In this document: positions 7,685 through 16,967 of the stretch, in pieces | Numbering within the stretch: the stretch's first letter is position 1 | How the letters are laid out: each line of letters opens with the position of its first letter | Virus record (IMG/VR): IMGVR_UViG_3300020156_000033 | Span: 1-56,850 of that record | Source: a virus | Lineage: Duplodnaviria > Caudoviricetes | Reading direction: 5' to 3' (one strand) | DNA length: 56,850 bases | Translations under genes and position numbers: made by a program | Notes under the pieces: generated by a model | Databases searched by the model: none | What the model saw: only the letters and a program-made list of their open reading frames with translations | What the model was told of the DNA's origin: nothing

Positions 7685-8083
7685 ATGGACAGCACCAAGA
7701 GCATCTACGAGAAGGCGGCGGCCGCCGCCGACGCTTCGGCGGAGCACTTCCGCACCGAGTGCCTTCAGTACAACAAGGACACGATGACGCCCAACGCACG
7801 GCAGCGGGCGGAGCTGTCGGACCACCTGGGCGAGTCGTTCGAGCGGCTGTCGGCCGTGTTCACGGCGGCGGGTGACGGCATGTACCGCAGCTACGAGGCG
7901 GTGGCCGAGGTCGGCGCCGCCCTGGAGGTGCTGGCCGCCTTCCTCGGGCAGTCCCCGCTGCTGCCCCGGGAGCAGGAGTCGGCGCCGCTGGCCGAGAAGG
8001 TGGAACTGAGTGTGCTCCGCCGGACCCGGGATGCGCTGGAGGGCATGCGGGTCCCCGACGGCGACGGTCCGAGCGCGGCCTAG
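7685..8083 (+). CDS. Hypothetical protein
   Basis: RBS GAGAGGTAGGGC. Confidence 0.75.
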   Translation: MDSTKSIYEKAAAAADASAEHFRTECLQYNKDTMTPNARQRAELSDHLGESFERLSAVFTAAGDGMYRSYEAVAEVGAALEVLAAFLGQSPLLPREQESAPLAEKVELSVLRRTRDALEGMRVPDGDGPSAA

Positions 8084-8201
8084 CTGAAGCTGGTCCACCG
8101 CCCCGGTGCCGACGACCTCTGACCCGGTGGCACGAGCGGGGAGCACACGCCTGCGGGGTGTGCTTCCTGCCCGGATCATCCGGATACGGGAAGGAAGAGA
8201 C

Positions 8202-8582
8202 ATGCAGGAGAACGAAGAGCGCGCGATGCGTACGGTGGAAGCACTGCCGCCGACCAGGAAGAGGCTGATGCGGGACGTGTGGAACGGCGTCCTGGGCACG
8301 GTGCGAAAGGCCACGGAGGAGACGGGTGCGTGGGCCGTCGTCTACGACGACAACCCCGAGACGTGTGAGCAGGAGCCGCTGCCCTACCTGGGGCTCCAGG
8401 ACGTCCACGTCAAGGAGGGGGCGGTCTACGGCGCCCTGCACCGGCCCCCGGAGATCCGCCCCGCCGCTTCGGTGCGCGGAGCCCTGATGGCACACGTGGC
8501 CCCGGGCGATCGGGAAGGCAAGTACGAGATCACCGTCCGGGGGACGCGCGTCTACGCCCGCTACATCCTGCGGGAGGGCTGA
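8202..8582 (+). CDS. Hypothetical protein
   Basis: ACGGGAAGG RBS at 8186, ATG 8202; ends RGTRVYARY. Confidence 0.7.
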   Translation: MQENEERAMRTVEALPPTRKRLMRDVWNGVLGTVRKATEETGAWAVVYDDNPETCEQEPLPYLGLQDVHVKEGAVYGALHRPPEIRPAASVRGALMAHVAPGDREGKYEITVRGTRVYARYILREG

Positions 8583-8584
8583 CC

Positions 8585-8851
8585 GTGGATGACTACGTGT
8601 GGGTGGTCGGGGTCGGCTACAACGACGGCGGCATCCCGACCGCCGTCTTCACCGACCGGGACAGCGCCGTGGACTACCTCGTGAAGCAGCAGCGGCACTA
8701 CGAACCCTATGGCGACCTGAAGGTGGAGGCCGACCAGTTCGGCAAGATCGAGCAGCTGTACTGGAAGAACCCGCGTACCGGCCGCTGGAACAAGACGATC
8801 AACTGGATGTGCGAAATGCCGGTGCGGCGGGCGGTGGACGACCGTGGCTGA
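8585..8851 (+). CDS. Hypothetical protein
   Basis: RBS GGAGG, codon bias. Confidence 0.75.
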   Translation: MDDYVWVVGVGYNDGGIPTAVFTDRDSAVDYLVKQQRHYEPYGDLKVEADQFGKIEQLYWKNPRTGRWNKTINWMCEMPVRRAVDDRG

Positions 8852-9110
8852 GCCGACCGAGGAGGAGAAGGCCAGGCTGCGCGAGGAGATGCAGCGCGAG
8901 GTGATCCGGCGGGAGAACGAGGACCGCAAGAAGGAGGCCGACGCGCTGGAGAAGATCCGCGCGCGGACCCGGAGGAAGGGCAAGGACGGGTGAACCGATG
9001 AGCGCCAGCTCATGCTGATCCGGCCGGACTTCCCGGAGAAGCAGTACAGCGTGGACCGGATCAACGAGGAGTACGGCCCGCTGGAGGTCGTCTACCGCAG
9101 TCCGGTGTAG
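8844..9110 (+). pseudogene. Gene with in-frame TGA at 8991-8993 (nonsense allele, readthrough, or two tiny genes)
   Basis: ...KGKDG*TDERQLMLIRPDFPEKQYSVDRINEEYGPL...; same frame and coding-type codons on both sides. Confidence 0.5.
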
Positions 9111-9178
9111 CGAAGCCGGATGCACGGGCGCGGTCCGTGCATCCCCTCCGGTACACCACCGACACGGGAAGGAACACC

Positions 9179-9520
9179 ATGGAGATCAAGGGGATCAGGA
9201 GGCTGGCGGAGTTCACGCGGACCAACGCCACTGCGGCGGAGGAGTTCGGCCGGACCGTCAGCGAGCAGATCGCGCAGCTCAACGCCCGGGTTTCCCGGTT
9301 GGAGGGACCCGACCCGGCGGCGGCGGTGCGGGACTACGACCAGCTCATCGGCAAGAACGTCGTGGTCGAGGAAGGAGCGTACTTCACCGCCGGGAAGCTG
9401 GTGGGCTACACCGAGAACCGGGTCTACCTGTCGATTCCCGAAGTCGGGTTCAGCCCGCCCGCCGTCCAGGGTGTGCTCCGGGAGAAGATCACCGCCGTCT
9501 TCGAGCCGAAGGGGTTGTGA
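9179..9520 (+). CDS. Hypothetical protein
   Basis: GACACGGGAAGGAACACC RBS, ATG 9179. Confidence 0.75.
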   Translation: MEIKGIRRLAEFTRTNATAAEEFGRTVSEQIAQLNARVSRLEGPDPAAAVRDYDQLIGKNVVVEEGAYFTAGKLVGYTENRVYLSIPEVGFSPPAVQGVLREKITAVFEPKGL

Positions 9521-9840
9521 TGACCGAGGACGCCGAGCGGGCGTGGGCCGACATCGTTACCAAAGCGAGACACACCCTGGCGCTGGACACGCTGCACCGG
9601 GCCGAGCGCATGGTGCACGGGGACCCCGACCACGACGGGCTGATCGCCGACTACGGCAGGGGCAGCGCCCACCTGGAGCGCATCGCCGCAGATCTGGAGG
9701 AGCACCTGTCCCGTAGCGCCGAGGAGACCGCCGACATGATGGCGCAGGTCCGGGACCATGCGGGTTCGGCGTCCAAGCCCTGGGACGTCGGCAACGTGGA
9801 CGATGACTGGGAATTGGACCACTCCCCCGATGACTTCTGA
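9517..9840 (+). CDS. Hypothetical protein
   Basis: Coupled start, codon bias. Confidence 0.7.
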   Translation: MMTEDAERAWADIVTKARHTLALDTLHRAERMVHGDPDHDGLIADYGRGSAHLERIAADLEEHLSRSAEETADMMAQVRDHAGSASKPWDVGNVDDDWELDHSPDDF

Positions 9841-9851
9841 GAGGACACGGG

Positions 9852-10034
9852 ATGCCGCTGAACCACACTGACCTGGTCATGCTCATGTTCAGGGACCGCC
9901 AGCTCGGTCTGATCACCGACGAAGAACTCCGCCGCCTGGTGGACAGCCTGCTCTCGTCGGTGCGCTGGAGCAAGAGCGAGGAGCTGCGCAAGGAGATCGC
10001 CCTGCGTATCGAGGCCGGGGAGTTCGGGACGTGA
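9852..10034 (+). CDS. Small hypothetical protein
   Basis: RBS GAGG, codon bias. Confidence 0.65.
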   Translation: MPLNHTDLVMLMFRDRQLGLITDEELRRLVDSLLSSVRWSKSEELRKEIALRIEAGEFGT

Positions 10035-11437
10035 GGGTCGAACGCGAGCGGATGATCCTTCGCCCCTACCAGGTCGAAGATCTGGACATCGTGCTCGCCG
10101 CCGAGGACGGCTCGGCCCTGATCGCCAACACGATGGGCACGGGCAAGACCCTGCTCGCCGTCGAGGCGGTCAGGGCCGTGGCCCCGGCCACCGGACGGGC
10201 GCTGGTCATCGCACCGCTCAACACGCACACCGGCTGGGAGCGCACCATCCGGGCGCAGAGCGGTCCGGACACCCCCATCCACAGACTGACCGGGGGCAAG
10301 GACGGCAAGCTCGCCTGGGACGCTCTGGCGGACGGCTGGGCGGGCTGGTACCTCATCGGCTGGGAGTACTTCCGGCGCTTCGACTGGCGGCCGCCCGGCG
10401 TGTTCGACGTGGCCGTAGCCGACGAGTGCCACCGGGCGCAGAACCGCAAGTCCAAGACGGCCAAGGCCCTGTGGTCGGTGCGCGCCCGGCGCAAGCTGGC
10501 CATGTCGGGAACCCCGGCGGGCAACCGGATCGAGGGACTGTGGTCGGTGCTGCACTGGTTGTGGCCCGAGCAGCACCCCCACTACTGGCCGTGGGTGAAG
10601 AAGTACCTGCGCACCCGGCCCAACCGCTACACCCAGGTGGAGATCGTCGGGGAGAAGGTGCCCGGCCAGGTCATCCGCAGCGTGCCGTGCTACACCCGCC
10701 GCAAGCTGGAGGACGTGGTCGCCGACCTGCCCGAGCGCATCACCTACACGGTGGACACGCGGATGCTCCCGGCCCAGGCCAGGATCTACCGCCAGTTCGA
10801 GGCGCAGTCCCTGGCGTGGTTGAAGGAGCACCCGGTGGCCACGCCCCTGCCCGTGCAGCAGCGGTTGCGCATGCTGCAGACGGCGCTGGGCGTGCCGACG
10901 CTGTTCGAGAAGGAGGAGCTGGACGAGGACGGGTTCCCCAAGACCGAGATCGGGTTCGAGCCGGACTGCAAATCGGCCAAGATCGACGCGATGCTCGACA
11001 TCGTCTCCGACCTGCCCGAGCACACCCCCGTGATGGTCTACACCCACTCAGCCCGCTTCGCCGAGGTCGTGGTCGCACGGCTGAACGACAAGGGCATCGG
11101 CCGGGCCGAACTGTGGACGGGCCGGGTCCCCCAGCACACCCGCATGCGTGTGCTGAAGGAGTTCGGCGGCGGGGTCCGGTTCATCGTGGCCGGGATCGCC
11201 GCCATCGGGGAGGGCGTGGACGGGTTGCAGCGGGTGTGCAACCACGAGATCTGGCTGAGCAAGCACGACAACGGGCTGCTCAACGAGCAGGCCGCCGCCC
11301 GCCTGCTGCGCATGGGGCAGTCCAAGCCCGTGCTGAGCTGGGTCATCCGGGCCGAGGACACCATCGACACGCTGGTCTACCAGCGGCTGGACGAGAACGC
11401 GGAGGCCATGGCCTTCGCACTGGAGAAGGAGGACTGA
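10031..11437 (+). CDS. SNF2-like superfamily 2 helicase
   Basis: LRPYQ, MGTGKT, DECH, MSGTP, GEGVDGLQ, QAAARLLRMGQ. Confidence 0.92.
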   Translation: MRVERERMILRPYQVEDLDIVLAAEDGSALIANTMGTGKTLLAVEAVRAVAPATGRALVIAPLNTHTGWERTIRAQSGPDTPIHRLTGGKDGKLAWDALADGWAGWYLIGWEYFRRFDWRPPGVFDVAVADECHRAQNRKSKTAKALWSVRARRKLAMSGTPAGNRIEGLWSVLHWLWPEQHPHYWPWVKKYLRTRPNRYTQVEIVGEKVPGQVIRSVPCYTRRKLEDVVADLPERITYTVDTRMLPAQARIYRQFEAQSLAWLKEHPVATPLPVQQRLRMLQTALGVPTLFEKEELDEDGFPKTEIGFEPDCKSAKIDAMLDIVSDLPEHTPVMVYTHSARFAEVVVARLNDKGIGRAELWTGRVPQHTRMRVLKEFGGGVRFIVAGIAAIGEGVDGLQRVCNHEIWLSKHDNGLLNEQAAARLLRMGQSKPVLSWVIRAEDTIDTLVYQRLDENAEAMAFALEKED

Positions 11438-11438
11438 C

Positions 11439-11807
11439 GTGCGGTTCAACGACGCCGAACTCGGCGGTATGAGCGACGAGCGGCTGGCCAAGGAGATGGC
11501 CAACGCCAAGCTGGAGTACGACGCCGCCGATGCCCAGCTGGAGGAGATGAAGCGGGAGTACCGGCGCCGCCGCCGCGACGAGCTGGGCGACTACGAGCAC
11601 GAGGACGCGGGTGTGCGGGTGAAGTTGCAGCCCAACCGCCGATTCGACCTCGAACGGGCCGAGCAGATCCTGACGGATGAGGAGAAGGCGCGGTTCACCC
11701 GCCCCATGCTCGACCGGGAGCTGATCAAGAAGGGGCTGAGCCCCGAGGACTACTCGGCCCTGTGCAAGGAGTACGACCCCAAGGTGAAGATCGAGGTCCT
11801 GGGGTGA
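11439..11807 (+). CDS. Hypothetical coiled-coil protein
   Basis: RBS AGGAGG, codon bias. Confidence 0.75.
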   Translation: MRFNDAELGGMSDERLAKEMANAKLEYDAADAQLEEMKREYRRRRRDELGDYEHEDAGVRVKLQPNRRFDLERAEQILTDEEKARFTRPMLDRELIKKGLSPEDYSALCKEYDPKVKIEVLG

Positions 11808-11884
11808 GCGAGTTCGTCACCTACGCCGCCTACGTCTGCCTCGGGGTCTTCCTGGCCTTCCTGCTGATCCGCAGCGGGGAGTAG
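11804..11884 (+). CDS. 26-aa membrane peptide
   Basis: GTGA coupling; FVTYAAYVCLGVFLAFLLI. Confidence 0.55.
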   Translation: MSEFVTYAAYVCLGVFLAFLLIRSGE

Positions 11885-11907
11885 CAGGTCAAGGACTTCC
11901 GATCATG

Positions 11908-11938
11908 GGGAGCACCGATTAGGGTCGGTGCTCCCTTT
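11908..11938 (+). terminator. Intrinsic terminator
   Basis: 11-bp stem GGGAGCACCGA/TCGGTGCTCCC followed by TTT. Confidence 0.7.
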
Positions 11939-11974
11939 CCGTTCCAAGGGCACACGGAAGATGGGAGAGCAGGG

Positions 11975-12331
11975 ATGTTCAGAATGCGCATCGGTAGGGC
12001 GCTGGCCTACTTCGAGATGGCGGGCGAACTGAAGTGCCGCGCCAGCCGGGAGGACATCGGCAGGTGGGCGTGGGGCGCCCCGGGCGAGCGCGGCCCCGAG
12101 TACGACGACTACACCGTGATAGGGGTCTTCCCCAGCGGGGACTTCCACGGGGTGCTGGTCCTCTACGACCAGCTGTCGGGGGTGTTCTACGGAACGACGC
12201 TCGACCTGCTGTGTACGGGGCCGAACCCGTTCGGGGAGCCCGACTTCGTCACCTTCCATCGATACGCGGTGACGGGCGGGGAGCTGGTTCCCTTCCGCAA
12301 GGCCGAGTACAACCTGGGCCAGACCGGATGA
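11975..12331 (+). CDS. Hypothetical protein
   Basis: RBS GGAG, codon bias. Confidence 0.7.
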   Translation: MFRMRIGRALAYFEMAGELKCRASREDIGRWAWGAPGERGPEYDDYTVIGVFPSGDFHGVLVLYDQLSGVFYGTTLDLLCTGPNPFGEPDFVTFHRYAVTGGELVPFRKAEYNLGQTG

Positions 12332-12539
12332 CGCGGTTGTGCTGTCTGTGACCCGGTTCCACTAGGGTGGAAGCCGCGCCGCAGCCGGGCAGCCAGGTCA
12401 GAACAGGCCGCAGGGTGCAGGGCTGACCGAGTACCGCGTATCGATCTGCGGCCTGTCGCGTGCGAGCGCCGTGAAGCACACGCCCGAGCGGGGTGTGCTT
12501 CGCGGGGTCCGACACGGGACCGTGAACGGGAAGGACACC

Positions 12540-12569
12540 ATGGAGAACGACGAGGAAGTACGCGCTTGA
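12540..12569 (+). CDS. 9-codon leader minigene MENDEEVRA
   Basis: ACGGGAAGG RBS; its TGA overlaps the TTG start of the exonuclease. Confidence 0.45.
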   Translation: MENDEEVRA

Positions 12570-13285
12570 GCGGAGAGCACGACCGCGAGAAGCGACGGGC
12601 CGTGGTGGAGAAGGCGGTGCTGGACGGGATCACCCGGACCACCGCCCGCGACCAGCAGAAGGGCATCGGCCCGAGCGAGATCGGCCAGGACTGCGACTTC
12701 TGCGTGGGCCTGGCGCTGACCCGGCGCTACCCCCAGCTCCGGCGGGGGGTGGACGCCGAGCCCGTCCTGCTGGAGGAGTCCTCCTACCGCAGGTTCAGCC
12801 TGAAGGCGTGGACGGGGACGGCGACGCACGAGAAGCTGGAGCGCGACGTCGAGTTCCCCGGGCTGCTGAAGGAGCACACCTTCGAGGTGTACTGGATGGA
12901 GGGATACGGGCAGATCGTCGGCCACGTGGACGCCGCCTTCCTGGAGCAGCTGACCGCCTTGGACTACAAGACCAAGGACGTCGCCAAGATCCGCTACTTC
13001 AAGCTGAACGGCGTACCGCAGAAGGAGGCCGTGCAGCTGATGCTGTACGGATGGGCGCTGGAGCGGGCCGGGCACCCCGTCGAGGACGTGGGCCTGTGCT
13101 ACATCCCGCGCGACTCCAACACCCTCGGCGACATCTGGACGGCCTTCGCCGTCTACCGCTCCGACTACGCCGAGCGGGCACTGGAGCGGCTGGAGAAGTT
13201 GTGGCAGCGGGTGCGCAGTGGCGACCTCGCCGCGCTGGAGCGCGACCCCGAGTGCTACGAGTGCAATCAGTCGTTCCGCATCTAG
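12566..13285 (+). CDS. Cas4-like / PD-(D/E)XK exonuclease
   Basis: IGPSEIGQDC, GTATH, GHVD...DYKT, QLMLYG, C-terminal CYEC. Confidence 0.88.
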   Translation: MSGEHDREKRRAVVEKAVLDGITRTTARDQQKGIGPSEIGQDCDFCVGLALTRRYPQLRRGVDAEPVLLEESSYRRFSLKAWTGTATHEKLERDVEFPGLLKEHTFEVYWMEGYGQIVGHVDAAFLEQLTALDYKTKDVAKIRYFKLNGVPQKEAVQLMLYGWALERAGHPVEDVGLCYIPRDSNTLGDIWTAFAVYRSDYAERALERLEKLWQRVRSGDLAALERDPECYECNQSFRI

Positions 13286-13311
13286 CACACACCGACACGG
13301 GAAGGAACACC

Positions 13312-14082
13312 ATGGCCCTCGATCTGAGCGGGCTCCCCGGCATCGAGATCAGGAAGCCCAAGGACGTGGCGAAGTCGCCGACGTTCCTGTTCTACGGACT
13401 GCCCAAGTCCGGCAAGACCACCCTGGCCGCCTCGGCGGCGCTGGTGGAGGAGCTGAGTCCGGTCCTCGTCATCGACTTCGAGGGCGGGACCGAGTCGCTG
13501 GCCGGTCTCTACGACGTCGATGTCATCCGGATCACCAACTACGAGCAGGGCAGCGAGTTCCTGCCGAAGTTGCTCACGCAGGACCACGGCTACAAGACCG
13601 TCGTCCTGGACCCGGTCAACGCCTTCCAGAAGCAGCTCCAGGACCAGATCGTCCGCAAGCAGAAGGAGTTCCAGCCGAGCGCCAAGGCCAACAACTCCCT
13701 CGGCGAGCGGTCGATGCTCCAGGCCGACTGGATGGTGGTCGGCGACAAGATGCGCAAGCTGTTCGAGGGGTTCCACAACGCCCCGTTCGTCACGATCTTC
13801 ACGGCGCACGCCGAGAAGGACAAGGACCCCAACACGGGGGCCCTGCTCATGGAACCCATGATGCAGGGCAAGATCTCGAAGTCCGAGCTGGGCCGCATCC
13901 CGACGATCATCGGCTACGTCCGCATGGTCGAAGAGGGTGGTAACGTCTTCCCCGTCGTCCGCTTCGGGGGCGGGAGGGGCATCATCGCTGGTGACCGCCT
14001 CCGTGTCCTGGACACCGAGGAGAAGGACCCCACGATGCGGACCATCTGGGGCAAGATCAAGCCCGTTCTCATCACCAAGTAA
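13312..14082 (+). CDS. AAA-family ATPase (Sak4-like annealing protein)
   Basis: FYGLPKSGKTTLA, DFEGG, TVVLD; lies between exonuclease and SSB-like genes. Confidence 0.82.
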   Translation: MALDLSGLPGIEIRKPKDVAKSPTFLFYGLPKSGKTTLAASAALVEELSPVLVIDFEGGTESLAGLYDVDVIRITNYEQGSEFLPKLLTQDHGYKTVVLDPVNAFQKQLQDQIVRKQKEFQPSAKANNSLGERSMLQADWMVVGDKMRKLFEGFHNAPFVTIFTAHAEKDKDPNTGALLMEPMMQGKISKSELGRIPTIIGYVRMVEEGGNVFPVVRFGGGRGIIAGDRLRVLDTEEKDPTMRTIWGKIKPVLITK

Positions 14083-14109
14083 CCACTGCACCACGGAAAG
14101 AGGCAGCAC

Positions 14110-14619
14110 GTGTCCGACGCCACGTTCAACCCGGCCGAGATCAACCTCAACCTGACCGAGGACGACTTCGCCGACAACGGGTTCAAGCTGATCCCGGTCG
14201 GCACCTGGGTCACCACCGTCATCTACGACGTCCAGATGAAGACCGTCGGCAAGCCGGGCGACAACTTCGGCAAGCCGATGTACAACGTCACCTTCCGCGT
14301 GTGCAACAACGAGTACGGCAGGAACAAGCAGCTCCGCAGCATGGTCTGCCTCTGGCAGGGTGCGCACTTCACCTACGCCAACCTGGTCAAGGCGCTGGGC
14401 GCGGCCAAGACCGGCGGCCAGGGGGTCCTGAGCCCCGAGGAGCTGATGGGTCTCGAGGTGGACGTGCGGATCAAGCGCCACCGCGAGCACGAGGGCAACC
14501 TCTACGAGGAGATCGGCGGCTTCGCCCCCGCCGGGACGAAGGCGGGCGGGGTGGTCTCCGACTCCGCCGCCCAGGAGTTCGGCGCCAAGTCGGGCACCAC
14601 CGTCAACCTCTTCGACTAG
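14110..14619 (+). CDS. DUF669-like single-stranded DNA-binding protein
   Basis: FKLIPVG-W...GKPMYNVTF pattern; position after the ATPase. Confidence 0.7.
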   Translation: MSDATFNPAEINLNLTEDDFADNGFKLIPVGTWVTTVIYDVQMKTVGKPGDNFGKPMYNVTFRVCNNEYGRNKQLRSMVCLWQGAHFTYANLVKALGAAKTGGQGVLSPEELMGLEVDVRIKRHREHEGNLYEEIGGFAPAGTKAGGVVSDSAAQEFGAKSGTTVNLFD

Positions 14620-14632
14620 CACACCGACTGAG

Positions 14633-14663
14633 GAAGGGGGCCACCGGAAGGTGGCCCCCTTTC
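14633..14663 (+). terminator. Intrinsic terminator
   Basis: GGGGGCCACC-GGAA-GGTGGCCCCC followed by TTT. Confidence 0.75.
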
Positions 14664-14682
14664 TGGTCTCGCAACGGATCGG

Positions 14683-16962
14683 ATGCAGATGAACACGGGT
14701 GAATTCTTCGATCTGCTGTTCGGGGACCTCGACGGCTGGGCCGTGGTGTGCTCGTTCCCGGGAGGGTTCTTCTCCCCCAAGGCGGGACCGACGGACCAGG
14801 AGTGGTTCGCCTGGCCCGAGGAGCGGGCGCAGATGATCGCCTACGTCCTCCAGAGGACCGACAACGACCTCTACACGGTGCCGACCCTCTACCGCACCAA
14901 GGGCAGCCGCAAGGCCGCCAACGCCCATCTGGGGCGCACGGTCTACGCCGACGCCGACAGCGCTCCGCCGGAGGCGTTCAAGCTGAAGCCGACGGCGGTG
15001 GTGGCCACGTCGACGGGCAGGACCCAGTGCTACTGGGTGGTCGATGACTGCCGGGACCCCGACCTGCTGTCGCAGTACGGGCGGGCGCTGGCCCACATGC
15101 ACCGCAACGACGGGTGCGACACCGGCGGCTGGGACATCGGCCAGCTGCTGCGCATCCCCGGCACCACCAACAACAAGCCGGACCTGGTCGCCCCCTTCCG
15201 GGTCGAAGTCGTTGAGCACACTTCCGGATTGGTCTATACCTCTTCGGTGTTTTCCAAGGTCTACGACCCGAACTCGGTGAAGTCCGCTGCGGTCCAGCTC
15301 GACGTCGAGATGCCGGACGAGTCCAGACTGCCGACCTTCGAGGAGGCCCGGGGTGTGCTCGTCGGTAGCTACGAGCTGCTGCGGTTGGTGGACGAGGCCG
15401 TCGTCAAAGGCGAGAAGGGCGGGGCAGGGGACCGCAGCGCGCGCATGTGGGCGCTGCTCAGCAACCTGTCCCGGATGGGCGTGGACCCGGGCACGGCCTT
15501 CGTGCTGGCCCGCAACGCCGGGTGCAACAAGTACCGCCAGGACGGCAGGCCCGAGGAGGAGCTGTGGGCCGAGGTCATGCGGGCCTACGGCGACCCCGAC
15601 AACCAGCCGGTGGTCTCCGACGCCGACGCCGCCAAGCTGGACCGCACCATCGCCCGGGAGAACAGGGCTCGCCAGCCGGTGGCCGCTGCGGTGCAGACCA
15701 CGCTGCTGCCCGCCCACTTCCTGTCCAAGGAGGAGCGGCCGCAGGTGCCCTACGACACGTTCGTGGACCGGTACCAGGCGTGGGGCTCGACGCGTACCGA
15801 CGCCGCTCCGCAGTACCTGCGGGCCGCCGCGCTCACGTGCATGTCGGCGGTCTACGGGGACTTCGGCAAGCCGCCCACCAAGTACGACTCGGGCGGCCTG
15901 AACCTGTGGTTCCTCATCCTGGGCGGCACCACCCGCAGCCGCAAATCGACGGTGCGCGGGATGATGGTCTACACCCTGGACGCCCTGTCCAACGACGGGT
16001 TCGTCTACGACATCGGGTCCAACGCCACGGCCGAGGGCCTGATGAACGAGCTGGCCGAGCGGCCGGGCTGGACGTCGGTGTTCCATCGGGACGAGGTCCA
16101 CGGCCTGCTGTACGAGGTCGGGGCCAAGAACTACATGGCGGGGTTCAAGGAGGCCCTGACCGAGCTGTACGACGGCCGGGTCCACGGCAAGCTGCGCGCC
16201 ACGGGCACGGTGAAGAAGACGGCGAGCACGCGGACCGTCTTCATCATGCTGATGGCGGGCGTCACCGAGCACGTGACCAAGGCGCTGACCGCCGCCGACT
16301 TCGCCTCGGGGTTCCTGGCCCGGTTCGTCTTCATCCACGCCGATCCGCCGCCGCGAACGCGGGAATCGGAGTGGATGGAGCAGGAGGAGGAGACGGTGGC
16401 CGCCGGTGGCGACACCGTGTTCGAGAGCTTGGTGGACGAGCTGCTGCTGGGCCGGTCTTTCTGGTCCGTCCAGACCACGCGCGGCGCCCAGTTGAAGATC
16501 GGGTTCGATGACATCGCCTGGAAGCGGCTGAACGAGTTCATCTGGGAGGCGGGCAACGCCGCCGAGGAGCACGAGCTGAGGGAGGTGCTGCAGCCCACCG
16601 TCGACCGCATGACGAAGTCGGTCATGAAGACCGCCATCCTCCTGGCGATGCACGAGAGCGAGTTGACGGTATCCTTGCGGCACGTGCTGAAGGCGGTGAG
16701 CCTGGCGGAGGAGTGGTACGGGCACCTGGTGACCGTGGCCACCAAGATCCGCCAGTCCTACTGGCTCAGGCGCCAAGACGACCTCATGGACATCATCGAG
16801 GAGTACGGCGGCCAGGTCAGCTGGAGCAAAGCCTACGCCAGGATGCGGAGGGACCTGCGTCCCCGGGAGTTCGGAGAGGTCGTGGATGCCCTGGTGATGG
16901 CGGGCAAGGCGATCCTCCGCCGACACGGGAACACGCAGGTCATCGAGAGTACGGGGAGGTAG
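14683..16962 (+). CDS. DNA primase (RepB-like AEP)-helicase fusion
   Basis: YADAD, TSTGRTQCYW, LLRIPGTTNNK; DRS domain; P-loop-like TTRSRKST, DEVHG, SGFLARF. Confidence 0.82.
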   Translation: MQMNTGEFFDLLFGDLDGWAVVCSFPGGFFSPKAGPTDQEWFAWPEERAQMIAYVLQRTDNDLYTVPTLYRTKGSRKAANAHLGRTVYADADSAPPEAFKLKPTAVVATSTGRTQCYWVVDDCRDPDLLSQYGRALAHMHRNDGCDTGGWDIGQLLRIPGTTNNKPDLVAPFRVEVVEHTSGLVYTSSVFSKVYDPNSVKSAAVQLDVEMPDESRLPTFEEARGVLVGSYELLRLVDEAVVKGEKGGAGDRSARMWALLSNLSRMGVDPGTAFVLARNAGCNKYRQDGRPEEELWAEVMRAYGDPDNQPVVSDADAAKLDRTIARENRARQPVAAAVQTTLLPAHFLSKEERPQVPYDTFVDRYQAWGSTRTDAAPQYLRAAALTCMSAVYGDFGKPPTKYDSGGLNLWFLILGGTTRSRKSTVRGMMVYTLDALSNDGFVYDIGSNATAEGLMNELAERPGWTSVFHRDEVHGLLYEVGAKNYMAGFKEALTELYDGRVHGKLRATGTVKKTASTRTVFIMLMAGVTEHVTKALTAADFASGFLARFVFIHADPPPRTRESEWMEQEEETVAAGGDTVFESLVDELLLGRSFWSVQTTRGAQLKIGFDDIAWKRLNEFIWEAGNAAEEHELREVLQPTVDRMTKSVMKTAILLAMHESELTVSLRHVLKAVSLAEEWYGHLVTVATKIRQSYWLRRQDDLMDIIEEYGGQVSWSKAYARMRRDLRPREFGEVVDALVMAGKAILRRHGNTQVIESTGR

Positions 16963-16967
16963 GGCGG

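Noticed and set aside
8083-8185. HDV-like, twister or pistol ribozyme in this intergenic region
   Set aside because: Several alternative helices exist but I could not fit any catalytic consensus
12566-13285. CRISPR-Cas system suggested by the Cas4-like gene
   Set aside because: Solo Cas4-like exonucleases are routine in phage recombination modules; no array found
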